Positions 10,073 through 19,811 of a stretch of DNA of 64,000 nucleotides are shown in pieces (position 1 is the stretch's first letter; every line of letters begins with the position of its first letter). The position numbers and the translations under genes are program-made. The notes under the pieces are model-generated. The model made no database searches. It was not told where the DNA came from and was given only the letters and a program-made list of their open reading frames with translations. The stretch comes from an uncultured Candidatus Rokubacteria bacterium (GTDB taxonomy: Bacteria > Methylomirabilota > Methylomirabilia > Rokubacteriales > DASRDR01), in assembly GCA_963826115.1 (NCBI GenBank), contig CAWGVS010000006.1, positions 480,001-544,000 on the forward strand, in the 5' to 3' direction.

Positions 10073-11713
10073 ATGTACCTCTCACATTTCGGTCTGCGCG
10101 AGCCCCCGTTCTCGATCACGCCGGACCCGCGCTTCCTCTACATGAGCGCGCGGCACCGCGAGGCGCTGGCGCATCTGGTCTACGGCGTGGGCGAGCGCGG
10201 CGGCTTCGTCCAGCTGACCGGCGAGGTGGGAACCGGCAAGACCAGCGTTTGCCGGTGCCTGCTGGAGCAGCTCCCCGCCCACGTCGACCTGGCGCTCGTC
10301 CTGAACCCGCGCGTGACTCCGGTCGAGCTCCTGGCCAGCGTGTGCGACGAGCTCCGCATCGCGTATCCCGCCGGCCCGACCGGCTCGAAGGACCTCGTGG
10401 ATCGGCTCCACCGGCATCTCCTCGAGGCGCATACCGCCGGCCGCCGGACGGTCCTCATCATCGACGAGGCCCAGAATCTCTCGCCCGAGGTACTGGAGGA
10501 GGTCCGCCTCCTCACGAACCTCGAGACCACCCGGGACAAGCTTCTCCAGGTGATCCTGATCGGCCAGCCGGAGCTGGCCGCCATCCTGGACCAGCCGAAG
10601 CTCCGACAGCTTGCCCAGCGCATCACCGCGCGCTACCACCTCGAGCCGCTCTCCCGGTCGGAGACCCGCGCGTATGTCCGCCACCGGCTGGCCGTGGCGG
10701 GCCGCGGCCGGGCAGTCTTCACCGAGCCCGGCCTCCGGACCCTGCACCGGCGCTCGCGCGGCATCCCCCGTCTCATCAACGCCATCGCCGACCGGGCGCT
10801 CCTCGGCGCGTACACGCGAGAGCAGTCCCGCGTGAACGCGGCGACCGTGCGACGGGCCGCGGCCGAGGTGCTGGGTGAGCCGCACCGCTCGTGGCGGCGC
10901 TGGACGTGGCGGGCCGCCGCCGTCGCGCTCGTCGCCGCGACCGGCGGCTTCGGGCTCGTGCTGCTGGCGCCGGGCGAGGTCGCGCGGGAGGAGGCCGGGC
11001 GAGCGGGCGCGTCGCCGGGCCCGTCGCTGACCGCAGGCCCTGCGGGGCCGGGCGGAGCATCCGCGGTGGCGCCCGCCGAGCGCTCGGCATCCCCTCGGCT
11101 CGCGGACGTCCTGCGTGACCCGGCGCTCCCGGCCACGAAGGGCGACGCGCTGACCGTGCTGCTGGCGCTCTGGGGCGTCCCCGCCGCGGGCGGCCTGCCG
11201 GACTGCGACACGCCACCGGCCGCGACGCTCGAGTGCCTGGCGTCCGTCGGGACGTGGCCGAAGCTCCGCCGGCTCGACCTGCCCGCGGCGCTCGAGCTCG
11301 TGGGGCCCGAGGGCGAGCGCCGCTACGGCGTGCTCACGGCGCTCACGCCGTCCGCGGCGACGCTCCGCTTCGGCGACCGCATCGTCACGGCGGAGCTGAC
11401 CGAGGTGGAGCCGTTCTGGGACGGGAGCTTCGTCGTCCTCTGGCGCCCGCCGCCGGGCACGCTCCCGCTCCGGCGGGGCGCCACCGGTCCGGCGGCCGAC
11501 TGGCTCCGCCGGCGGATGGTGCGGGGCGACGGCGCCGTCCCAGTGACCGAGCGCGGCCGGCCCTACGACCAGGGCCTGGTCGAGCGAGTGGTCGCGTTCC
11601 AGCGGGCCCGCTCGCTCGAGCCGGACGGCGTGGTGGGAGGTGAGACCGCGATCCTCCTCCGCCGCGTGGAGTGGGGCGCCGGCGTGCCGCGGCTTTCCGC
11701 GGGGATCCGGTAG
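10073..11713 (+). CDS. exeA: ExeA/GspA-family AAA ATPase with TM segment and C-terminal peptidoglycan-binding domain
   Basis: MYLSHFGLREPPFSITPDP, GEVGTGKT, IIDEAQNL, LIGQPEL; C-terminal FQRARSLEPDGVVG. Confidence 0.9.
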   Translation: MYLSHFGLREPPFSITPDPRFLYMSARHREALAHLVYGVGERGGFVQLTGEVGTGKTSVCRCLLEQLPAHVDLALVLNPRVTPVELLASVCDELRIAYPAGPTGSKDLVDRLHRHLLEAHTAGRRTVLIIDEAQNLSPEVLEEVRLLTNLETTRDKLLQVILIGQPELAAILDQPKLRQLAQRITARYHLEPLSRSETRAYVRHRLAVAGRGRAVFTEPGLRTLHRRSRGIPRLINAIADRALLGAYTREQSRVNAATVRRAAAEVLGEPHRSWRRWTWRAAAVALVAATGGFGLVLLAPGEVAREEAGRAGASPGPSLTAGPAGPGGASAVAPAERSASPRLADVLRDPALPATKGDALTVLLALWGVPAAGGLPDCDTPPAATLECLASVGTWPKLRRLDLPAALELVGPEGERRYGVLTALTPSAATLRFGDRIVTAELTEVEPFWDGSFVVLWRPPPGTLPLRRGATGPAADWLRRRMVRGDGAVPVTERGRPYDQGLVERVVAFQRARSLEPDGVVGGETAILLRRVEWGAGVPRLSAGIR

Positions 11714-11725
11714 GGGCGGCCGCGC

Positions 11726-12622
11726 ATGTCGTACATCCTCGACGCCCTCCGGAAGGCGGAGCGCGATCGTCAGGTACGGCGCGTGCCGACGCTGGCCACG
11801 GCGCACGGGAACGCGGAGCTCGGGCGATGGCCGCAGTGGGTCTGGGCGGCGGCGCTGGGCGGCGCGCTCGCCGTCGGCGCGGTCCTCCTCGTGAGCATGC
11901 TCGGGTCCGGCCGGTCGGTCCCGGTGGCCGTGGCGCCGGCCCCGCCTCCGCCGATCGCGACCGCCCCGGCCGCTCCGAGCCCGAGCGCCGAGCCTGCGAC
12001 CCCGGCCCCGCCCGCGGTCGAGCGCGCGCCGGCGCCTGCGCCGGTCCCGGCGGTCGAGCGCCCACCCGGTCGCGCATCCACCGTGCCGCGCGTCGCGACC
12101 AGCCCGCCACGCGTGGCGCCCGTCGAGCCCCGCGCCGCGCCCGTCGAGCCGTCCGCGCCTGCGTCGTCGCCCGCGCGCACCGCCGACGCTCGCCGCGCGC
12201 CACCGCGGCCCGACGCCCCCGCCGTGTCGGCGCCCGGGCCCGGAACGGCCCCGGCTCCGGCGACTGCGCCGCGCGCCACCGGCCCCGACGCCATTCCGTC
12301 GGCCCGGGCGACCGAAGTTCCGGCCGCGCCGCCGCCGGCCGCGTTGGCGAGCGCGCCGCCGGTCGAGGCCACGTCCGGCGGCGGAGGGCTCGCGCCCGCG
12401 TCGGCCACGGCGCGCCTGACGCTCGACGTGCTCGTGTACTCGGACGTGCCCGCGGAGCGGCTCGTCTTCATCAACGGGCGCAAGTACGTCGAGGGACAGG
12501 CGGTCACCGAGGACGCCGTCGTCGAGCAGATCACGGCCGACGGCGCCATTCTGCGCCAGGGAGACCGGCGGCTCATCCTGCGCCCGAAGCTCAACCCGTA
12601 CGCCCGTCCGGGCTCGCCTTGA
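11726..12622 (+). CDS. exeB: ExeB/GspB-family protein
   Basis: MSYILDALRKAE N-terminus, TM helix, Pro/Ala-rich linker, VYSD..RLVFING..EG C-terminal domain; follows exeA. Confidence 0.85.
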   Translation: MSYILDALRKAERDRQVRRVPTLATAHGNAELGRWPQWVWAAALGGALAVGAVLLVSMLGSGRSVPVAVAPAPPPPIATAPAAPSPSAEPATPAPPAVERAPAPAPVPAVERPPGRASTVPRVATSPPRVAPVEPRAAPVEPSAPASSPARTADARRAPPRPDAPAVSAPGPGTAPAPATAPRATGPDAIPSARATEVPAAPPPAALASAPPVEATSGGGGLAPASATARLTLDVLVYSDVPAERLVFINGRKYVEGQAVTEDAVVEQITADGAILRQGDRRLILRPKLNPYARPGSP

Positions 12623-12743
12623 CACGATCGGCGTCCCTCTGGGACAGTGGCTAGGCCGCGCCGGCGGCAGGCGGGCACGGGCCGAGCGCCCCCCGGGGTC
12701 GGCCCGCGACCGAGGCCAACGAGGGCCGGGATCGGAATCGACC

Positions 12744-13742
12744 ATGAACTTCCATCGCCGCGCGATCCGCATCGTCCACGCCTCCCTCGGCCTCGTATCG
12801 AACACGCGCGAGCTCCTGACCCGCTCGGAGTACTTCACGGACCGCGTCCCCCAGTCGCTCCTGACCGACTACCACCGCGTCGACGACGTGCCGTGGGACG
12901 GGACGCCGTCGGGCGTCGATGCGGAGATCCGCATCGTCGACACGCCGGGCCTCGCGCCGGCGATCGCGCTCGAGCCGGACCGCGTCCTCGCGGTCGGTGA
13001 CTGGACGGCGCTGGAGGCCGCCAACTCCGACCGGCGGTACTCCCTCTTCGGGAACCTGGGGTTCGTCTTCCGCTACGTCATCCACGTCCTGGAGCGACAT
13101 CACGACACGTGGTCGTTCCACGCGAGCGCCATGGTGGACGACAAGGGCGACCTCTGGCTCATCCCCGGGAGCGCGGGGGCGGGCAAGACGGTGTTCCTGC
13201 TGGAGGGCCTCGCGCGCGGGTGGACCATCTTCTCGACCGAGATGACTCACGTGCGCCTGACCCCCGGGGGGTACGAGTTCTACAAGGGCTCGCTCTTCGA
13301 CAACATCCGGCTCGGCACGCTGCTCTACGACTTCCCCGGCGTGGTGGAGCGGCTCGGCGTCGTCGTGCCGCCGTCGCCGGATCCCTGGGGGGCGAAGATC
13401 GCGCTCGACCTCGGGCACGTGCAGACGCCGACGGACGTCCTGGTGAGCCCGTCCGTCCGGATCGTGAGCCCGAAGGTGGAGTCGGGCCGGGACCGGGCGG
13501 TCGTCACGCGGATCGAGCGCCGCGAGAAGCTGGTCAAGCTCCTCTTCGACAACGCCACCGAGAAGCACGGCGGCACCGTGCTGCTGTACGATCGGCTCCC
13601 GGTGCCGTCGCTCGACACGCCCGCGCTCATGGCGCGGCGCCTCGACGCCATGCGCGGGCTGGTGGAGCGCGCCACGATCAAGAGCGCCCGGAGCACCCTC
13701 TGCGGGGCTCGGAACTGCATGGAGGGTCTTCTGGATGATTGA
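12744..13742 (+). CDS. hypothetical HPr kinase/PEPCK-like P-loop protein
   Basis: SFHASAM..GSAGAGKT..GWTIFSTE matches the H-x-S / Walker A / acidic layout of the HPrK-PEPCK superfamily. Confidence 0.6.
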   Translation: MNFHRRAIRIVHASLGLVSNTRELLTRSEYFTDRVPQSLLTDYHRVDDVPWDGTPSGVDAEIRIVDTPGLAPAIALEPDRVLAVGDWTALEAANSDRRYSLFGNLGFVFRYVIHVLERHHDTWSFHASAMVDDKGDLWLIPGSAGAGKTVFLLEGLARGWTIFSTEMTHVRLTPGGYEFYKGSLFDNIRLGTLLYDFPGVVERLGVVVPPSPDPWGAKIALDLGHVQTPTDVLVSPSVRIVSPKVESGRDRAVVTRIERREKLVKLLFDNATEKHGGTVLLYDRLPVPSLDTPALMARRLDAMRGLVERATIKSARSTLCGARNCMEGLLDD

Positions 13743-14589
13743 TCGCGACCGGGCCGCGCGGCCCGCCTGGGACGGCGTCATCGAGATGCCGGTCCGGGAC
13801 CGGCTCCGGAAGCCGCGCGAGAGCGGCTGGACGATGGTCATCGACAAGGGACTCGGTCTGAACGCGATCGACGACCTGATGCAGGTGGCGGCTCCCGTCA
13901 TCGACGTGCTGAAGCTCACCTTCGGGACGTCGGCGTTCTTCGGCCACGACGTCCTCAAGGAGAAGGTGCGGACCGTCACCGCCCACGGCGTCTACTGCAT
14001 GCCGGGCGGGACCTTCCAGGAGGTCGCCGTCTGGCAGGGCGCGCTGGATCGCTACCTCGACCGCGCCCGCGAGCTCGGCTTCAACGCGATCGAGGTCTCC
14101 GACGGCACGATCGAGATGGACGCCCGGACGCGGGCCGAGGCGATCGAGAAGGCCGTGAAGGCCGGGTTCCGCGTCCTGTCGGAGGTCGGCAAGAAGGACC
14201 CCGCCGACGCCCAGCCGATGGCGGCGCTCGCCGAGACCGTCCACGCCGACCTCGACGCGGGCGCGTTCATGGTGATCATGGAGGCGCGCGAGGCCGGCAA
14301 GGGTGTGGGCATCTACGACGCCTCCGGTCTTCCGAAGGAGGCCGAGATCGACGCGTTCCTGAAGGGCGTGCGCGATCCCGGCAAGATCCTGTGGGAGGCG
14401 CCGCTCGGCCCGCAGCAGCGGTACCTCGTCCTCCGGTTCGGGCCCAACGTGAGCCTGGGCAACGTGGCTCCCGAGGACATCCTCGCGCTCGAGGCGCTCC
14501 GCTGCGGTCTGCGGGGGGACACGCTCAAGCGCGCGTGGCTGGCCGACCGCACCTTCAGCGCGCGCCCCGCGCCCGAGACCCGGGCGTGA
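13735..14589 (+). CDS. comA: phosphosulfolactate synthase (ComA family)
   Basis: KPRESGWTMVIDKG, KLTFGTS, PGGT, IEVSDG, SEVGKK, MEARE, LWEAP, GPNVSLGNV, LEALRCGLRGDT. Confidence 0.9.
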   Translation: MIDRDRAARPAWDGVIEMPVRDRLRKPRESGWTMVIDKGLGLNAIDDLMQVAAPVIDVLKLTFGTSAFFGHDVLKEKVRTVTAHGVYCMPGGTFQEVAVWQGALDRYLDRARELGFNAIEVSDGTIEMDARTRAEAIEKAVKAGFRVLSEVGKKDPADAQPMAALAETVHADLDAGAFMVIMEAREAGKGVGIYDASGLPKEAEIDAFLKGVRDPGKILWEAPLGPQQRYLVLRFGPNVSLGNVAPEDILALEALRCGLRGDTLKRAWLADRTFSARPAPETRA

Positions 14590-15401
14590 CGGAGATCACG
14601 GTTCTCGACGCGGTCACCCGGGTGGCGCTCGGGCTCGCGGTCGGGACGTTCGGGACGCTGATCGGCGCCGGCGGCGGATTCATCCTGGTGCCGCTGCTGC
14701 TGCTCGGCTACAACTTCCCGCCGGCGGACGCGGTCGGGACGTCACTGAGCCTGGTGTTCCTGAACGCGCTGTCGGGGAGCGCCGCCTATCTTCGCCAGCG
14801 CCGGGTCGACCTCGCCCTCGGATGGCGCTTCGCGGTGGCGACGCTGCCGGGCGCGGTGGGTGGCGCCTACGTCACACGATCCCTGTCCTCGCACACGTTC
14901 GGTCAGGCCTTCGGGGTCCTACTCATCGGCGTGGCGGTGCTGCTCTTCTTCGGGCGCACCGCGGGGCCGTCGCGGCGAGCGGGCGCACGCCAGATCGTGG
15001 ACGCCAGCGGAGAAACCCACCACTACCGCGTCGACGTCTGGAAGGGCGTCGTGGTGAGCCTCCTGGTGGGCGTGATCTCGAGCATCTTCGGGATCGGCGG
15101 CGGCATCATCCACGTCCCGTTCCTGATCGTGGTCCTTGGCCTGCCGGTCCACGTGGCGACGGCGACCTCCCATTTCGTGCTCAGCATCTCGGCCTTCGCC
15201 GGCGCGCTCACGTTTCTGACGCTGGGCCACGTGCATCTGCCCACCGTGGGCCTGATGGGGGCGGGGATCCTCCTGGGGGCGCAACTGGGCGCGCGGATGT
15301 CGATCGGCACAAGCGCCGGGATGATCCGCCGCATCCTGGCCGGCTCGCTGGCCTTGGTGGGCGCCCGGATGGTCGTGATGGGCGGAGGGTTCCTGCCATG
15401 A
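14586..15401 (+). CDS. TauE/SafE-family sulfite/sulfur-compound exporter
   Basis: Duplicated GTLIGAGGG / SSIFGIGGG motifs, A.GTS and A.ATS; GTG overlaps the comA stop. Confidence 0.88.
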   Translation: MTEITVLDAVTRVALGLAVGTFGTLIGAGGGFILVPLLLLGYNFPPADAVGTSLSLVFLNALSGSAAYLRQRRVDLALGWRFAVATLPGAVGGAYVTRSLSSHTFGQAFGVLLIGVAVLLFFGRTAGPSRRAGARQIVDASGETHHYRVDVWKGVVVSLLVGVISSIFGIGGGIIHVPFLIVVLGLPVHVATATSHFVLSISAFAGALTFLTLGHVHLPTVGLMGAGILLGAQLGARMSIGTSAGMIRRILAGSLALVGARMVVMGGGFLP

Positions 15402-15451
15402 CGCGCGGGCGGCCCCGGCCGGACCTCGCGGCTCCCTGGAGGGATTGACGC

Positions 15452-16969
15452 GTGCGCTACGGCTTCGTGATCGACCAGACGCGGTGCATCGGCTGCCACG
15501 CGTGCACCGTGGCGTGCAAGGAGGAGAACGGCGTTCCGCTCGGGACGTTCCGGACGTGGGTGAAGTACGTCGAGAAGGGCGAGTTCCCGAACACCCGCCG
15601 GCACTTCGCCGTCCTCCGCTGCAACCACTGCGACAACGCGCCGTGCGTGACGATCTGTCCCACGGTGGCGCTCTACCGGCGGCCGGACGGGATCGTCGAT
15701 TTCGACCGCGACCGCTGCATCGGCTGCAAGTCGTGCATGCAGGCCTGCCCGTACGACGCCCTCTACATCGACCCCGACACCCACACCGCCGCCAAGTGCC
15801 ACTTCTGCGCCCATCGGGTGGAGCGCGGGCTCGAGCCCGCGTGCGTGATCGTCTGCCCCGAGCGGGCGATCCTCGCCGGGGACCTCGACGACGCGGACAG
15901 CGAGGTGTCGCGGGTGATCGCCCGCGAGCACGTGAGCGTGCGGAAGCCGGAGCAGGGGACGCGTCCGAAGCTCTTCTACGTCGGGGCCGACCAGGCCACC
16001 CTGGTGCCCACGCTCCAGGACGCGCCCCGGGCGACCATGTGGGGCCAGCGCGCGAGCGAGCCCGTCTCGCTGGTCGCGCTCGCCGGCGGATGGCAGCCGG
16101 ACGGGCCGGCGGGGCGGACCGCCAAGCCCGTCGAGACCCTGGGCCGCACGGTGTACGACGTGTCGCACGAGACCAGACCCTGGGGGTGGCGCGTCGGGGC
16201 GTACCTCTGGACGAAGGCGGTCGCCGCCGGCGCCGCGCTCGCCGCCGCGGCCGGCGTGCTCGGCGGGGGGAGCGCCGCCGAGCTGGGCCTTTCGCTCGTC
16301 GCGCTCCTGTTCCTCCTGCTCACCGGAGGCCTGCTGATCGTCGACCTGAAGCGCCCCGACCGGTTCCACTACCTGCTCCTCCGGTCGAACCCGCGCTCCT
16401 GGCTCGTTCTCGGCGCCTGGATCCTGCTCGCGTTCGGCGCGGCGCTCGGCCTCTGGATCCCGGCGGCCATCGCCGGCAGCGACGCGATACTCGGTGTCCT
16501 CGCGGTGCCCCTCCTGCTCCTGGCGCTCGCCGCCGCGGGGTACAGCGCGTTCCTCTTCGCCCAGGCGGAGGGGCGGGACTTCTGGCAGAGCCCGCTGGTG
16601 CTGCCGCATCTCCTGGCGGGCGCCGCGACCGCGGGCGCGGCCGTGAGCCTCATGGTGACGCCGCCGTCGGCGACCGCGCGGAGCGTCCTCCTGGTGGGTC
16701 TCGGGGTGAACGTGTTCCTCGTCCTCGCCGAGTGCTACACGCCGCACGGGAACGCGGACTCGCGGGCCGCCGCAAGGTTCATCACCCGGGGCCCCCTGAG
16801 CCGGGTCTTCTGGGTCGGGGTGATCGCCGCCGGCTCGGTGCTGCCCGCGCTGCTCGTGATCCCGGCCTCCGGCGCCACCAGCGTCCTGGCCGGCGCCCTG
16901 GCTCTCGTCGGCCTCTACCTCTGGGAACACTGCTGGGTGCGGGCGGGACAGGCCGTCCCGCTCAGCTGA
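15452..16969 (+). CDS. 4Fe-4S dicluster protein (NrfC/PsrB-like) fused to an NrfD/PsrC-like membrane anchor
   Basis: CIGCHAC..C, CNHCDNAPC..CP, CIGCKSC..CP, KCHFC..PAC..CP; then WGWRV..Y, DLKRPDRF, SWLVLG and about 8 TMs. Confidence 0.9.
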   Translation: MRYGFVIDQTRCIGCHACTVACKEENGVPLGTFRTWVKYVEKGEFPNTRRHFAVLRCNHCDNAPCVTICPTVALYRRPDGIVDFDRDRCIGCKSCMQACPYDALYIDPDTHTAAKCHFCAHRVERGLEPACVIVCPERAILAGDLDDADSEVSRVIAREHVSVRKPEQGTRPKLFYVGADQATLVPTLQDAPRATMWGQRASEPVSLVALAGGWQPDGPAGRTAKPVETLGRTVYDVSHETRPWGWRVGAYLWTKAVAAGAALAAAAGVLGGGSAAELGLSLVALLFLLLTGGLLIVDLKRPDRFHYLLLRSNPRSWLVLGAWILLAFGAALGLWIPAAIAGSDAILGVLAVPLLLLALAAAGYSAFLFAQAEGRDFWQSPLVLPHLLAGAATAGAAVSLMVTPPSATARSVLLVGLGVNVFLVLAECYTPHGNADSRAAARFITRGPLSRVFWVGVIAAGSVLPALLVIPASGATSVLAGALALVGLYLWEHCWVRAGQAVPLS

Positions 16970-16979
16970 AGGGCGAACG

Positions 16980-19811
16980 ATGCCGAAATCACCCTCGATC
17001 GAGCCGCTCCATCCGGCGGCGCAGAACCTGACGGCGCCGCCGGGCGGCCTCGCGAGCTACCCGCCGGTCGAGCGCTGGGACGACTGGACGGAGTACGACC
17101 CGAAGGCTTGGCCGAAGCGGGTCGAGCGCCGCTACCAGCTCGTCCCCACCATCTGCTTCAACTGCGAGGCCGGTTGCGGGCTTCTTGCGTACGTGGACAA
17201 GGACCATCTCGGGATCCAGAAGTTCGAGGGGAACCCCGAGCACCCGGGGAGCCGCGGTCGCAACTGCGCGAAGGGTCCGGCGACCCTGAACCAGATCGAG
17301 GACCCGGAGCGCATCCGCTACCCGATGAGGCGCGTGGGACCTCGGGGCGGGGGGCAGTGGGAGCGCGTCAGCTGGGATCAGGCGCTCGACGACCTCGCCG
17401 CGCGCATCCGGAAAGCGCTCGTCGAGGGCCGGCGCAACGAGGTCATGTACCACGTCGGGCGGCCCGGCCACGAGCTCGTGTACCACCAGCGGATCATGCA
17501 CGCGTGGGGGATCGACGGGCACAACTCGCACACCAACGTGTGCTCCGCGTCCGCGCGCGCCGGCTACGCGTTCTGGAGCGGCCTCGACCGGCCGTCCCCG
17601 GACCACGCCAACGCCCGGTTCATCCTGCTCCTGTCCTCGCACCTCGAGACCGGCCACTACTTCAACCCGCACGCGCAGCGGATCATCGAGGGCAAGAAGC
17701 GGGGCGCCAAGATCTGCGCGATCGACACCCGGCTCAGCAACACGGCGTCGATGGCCGACTGGTGGCTCTCTCCGTGGCCGGGGACCGAGGCCGCGCTGCT
17801 CCTCGCGATGTGCCAGCTCATCATCCAGGAGCGCCTCTACGACCGCGAGTTCCTGCGCCGCTGGGTGAACTGGGCGGAGTACCTCCGCGAGGAGCATCCC
17901 GACAAGCCCCAGACCTTCGAGACCTTCGAGGCGATCCTCCCGACGCTCTACGCCGAGTTCACCCCCGCGTTCGCGGAGAAGGAGTCGGGCGTCCCGGCCG
18001 CCACCATCGAGGAGGTGGCGCGGGAGGCCGCGCGGGCCGGCTCGGCCCTCGCGACCCACGTGTGGCGGAACGCGGCGGCGGGGAACCTCGGCGGCTGGCA
18101 GGTGGCGCGGGCGCTCCAGCTCCTGGTCGTCCTCGCCGGTGCCGTGGCCACCCCCGGCGGGACGGCGCCCTCGTTCTACAACAAGGCGATCCCGGCGCCG
18201 CCGCTCATGCCGCCGCCGGCCAAGGTCTGGAGCGAGCTCCTCTACCCGCCGGAGTACCCGCTGGCGTTCTTCGAGATGAGCTTCCTGCTCCCGCATCTGC
18301 TGAAGGAGGGGCGCGGCCGCCTCGACACGTACTTCACGCGCGTCTACAACCCGGTCTGGACGAACCCGGACGGCTTCTCGTGGATCGAGATGCTGACCGA
18401 CGAGGCCAAGATCGGCCTCCACGCCTGCCTCACCCCGATCTGGAGCGAGACCGCGTGGTTCTCCGACTACGTCCTCCCGATGGGTCACGCCTCCGAGCGG
18501 CACGACCTGATGAGCCAGGAGACGCACGCCGCGCGGTGGATCGGCTTCCGCCAGCCCGTGCTCAGGGTCGCCCTCGAGAGCCGGGGCCAGCGCTTCGCGA
18601 CCACCTGGGAGGCGCACGCCGCCGCGGGCCTGGGCGAGGTGTGGGAGGAGGACGAGTTCTGGATCGAGCTCTCGTGGCGGATCGACCCGGACGGGTCGCT
18701 CGGGATCCGGAAGTGGTTCGAGTCGCCGTACCGGCCGGGCGAGAAGCTCACGGTCGACGACTTCTACGGCTGGATGTTCGAGCGCTCGGTACCCGGGCTG
18801 CCGGCGGCCGCCGCGAAGGAGGGCCTGACGCCGCTCGCCTACATGCGGAAGCGCGGCGCGTTCCTGATCGAGGACGGCGTGTACCGCACCCACGAGACCA
18901 CGCTCGCGCCGGCCGCGCTCGAGGGCGGCGCGGTGGATCCGGCCACCGGGATCATCACCAAGGGCGGGGCCGCCGTCGGCGTCGAGGTCGACGGGCGCCC
19001 GTACGTCGGGTTCCCGACGCCCTCGCGGAAGCTCGAGTTCTTCTCGAAGACGCTGAGGGACTGGAAGTGGCCCGAGTACGCGCTGCCGGCCTACATCCGG
19101 AGCCACGTGCACTGGTCGACGATGGACCGCCAGAAGGACGAGTTCCTGCTCCTGCCGACGTTCCGCCTGCCGACCCTGATCCACACGCGCTCCGGCAACG
19201 CGAAGTGGCTCTACGAGATCTCCCACTCGAATCCGCTCTGGCTCCACCCGAAGGACGCCGCGCGACTCGGCGTCGCGACGAACGACCTCCTGAAGGTCCA
19301 CACCGAGATCGGGTGGTTCGTGGACAAGGTCTGGGTGACCGAGTCGATCCGGCCCGGGATCGTCGCGTGCTCCCACCACCTCGGACGCTGGCGCCTCGGC
19401 GAGGATCAGGGCGGGGAGCGCTGGTCGACGGCGCTCGTGCGCCTCGAGCGGCCCGGGCCCGGCCAGTGGCGGATGCGGCAGGTCCACGGGATCCGCCCGT
19501 TCAAGAGCGAGGATCCCGATTCCGAGCGCGTGTTCTGGGAGGACGCCGGCGTCCACCAGAACCTCACGTTCAGCGTCCAGCCGGATCCCGTGAGCGGGCA
19601 ACAGTGCTGGCACCAGAAGGTCCGGCTGGAGCGGCCCGGCTCGGACGACCGCTACGGCGACGTCTTCGTGGACACGGGGAAGGCGCACGAGGTGTACCGC
19701 CGCTGGCTCGCGATGGCGCGGCCGGCCCCCGGCCCCGGGAACCTCCGCCGGCCGCTGTGGCTCCCGCGCGCCTACAAGCCCGATCCCTCCACCTACCGCA
19801 TGGAGGCGTGA
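16980..19811 (+). CDS. molybdopterin (bis-MGD) oxidoreductase catalytic subunit with no Tat signal
   Basis: CFNCEAGC..NCAKG Fe-S motif, RIRYPMRRVG.RG.GQWERVSWDQA, HTNVCS, DYVLP, TPSRKLEF, LWLHP.DA. Confidence 0.9.
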   Translation: MPKSPSIEPLHPAAQNLTAPPGGLASYPPVERWDDWTEYDPKAWPKRVERRYQLVPTICFNCEAGCGLLAYVDKDHLGIQKFEGNPEHPGSRGRNCAKGPATLNQIEDPERIRYPMRRVGPRGGGQWERVSWDQALDDLAARIRKALVEGRRNEVMYHVGRPGHELVYHQRIMHAWGIDGHNSHTNVCSASARAGYAFWSGLDRPSPDHANARFILLLSSHLETGHYFNPHAQRIIEGKKRGAKICAIDTRLSNTASMADWWLSPWPGTEAALLLAMCQLIIQERLYDREFLRRWVNWAEYLREEHPDKPQTFETFEAILPTLYAEFTPAFAEKESGVPAATIEEVAREAARAGSALATHVWRNAAAGNLGGWQVARALQLLVVLAGAVATPGGTAPSFYNKAIPAPPLMPPPAKVWSELLYPPEYPLAFFEMSFLLPHLLKEGRGRLDTYFTRVYNPVWTNPDGFSWIEMLTDEAKIGLHACLTPIWSETAWFSDYVLPMGHASERHDLMSQETHAARWIGFRQPVLRVALESRGQRFATTWEAHAAAGLGEVWEEDEFWIELSWRIDPDGSLGIRKWFESPYRPGEKLTVDDFYGWMFERSVPGLPAAAAKEGLTPLAYMRKRGAFLIEDGVYRTHETTLAPAALEGGAVDPATGIITKGGAAVGVEVDGRPYVGFPTPSRKLEFFSKTLRDWKWPEYALPAYIRSHVHWSTMDRQKDEFLLLPTFRLPTLIHTRSGNAKWLYEISHSNPLWLHPKDAARLGVATNDLLKVHTEIGWFVDKVWVTESIRPGIVACSHHLGRWRLGEDQGGERWSTALVRLERPGPGQWRMRQVHGIRPFKSEDPDSERVFWEDAGVHQNLTFSVQPDPVSGQQCWHQKVRLERPGSDDRYGDVFVDTGKAHEVYRRWLAMARPAPGPGNLRRPLWLPRAYKPDPSTYRMEA

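Noticed and set aside
11930-12400. Repetitive GCC/CCG-rich stretch resembling a tandem repeat array
   Set aside because: It encodes the Pro/Ala linker of ExeB; there is no fixed repeat unit or spacer structure
13735-14589. comA as evidence of coenzyme M synthesis or methanogenesis/alkene metabolism
   Set aside because: ComA homologues are widespread, and no comB-E, xcb or CoM-using enzymes occur in the window
16980-19811. Molybdoenzyme as a Sec-containing formate dehydrogenase
   Set aside because: No in-frame UGA, and the ligand region HTNVCS lacks the FDH (C/U)H motif
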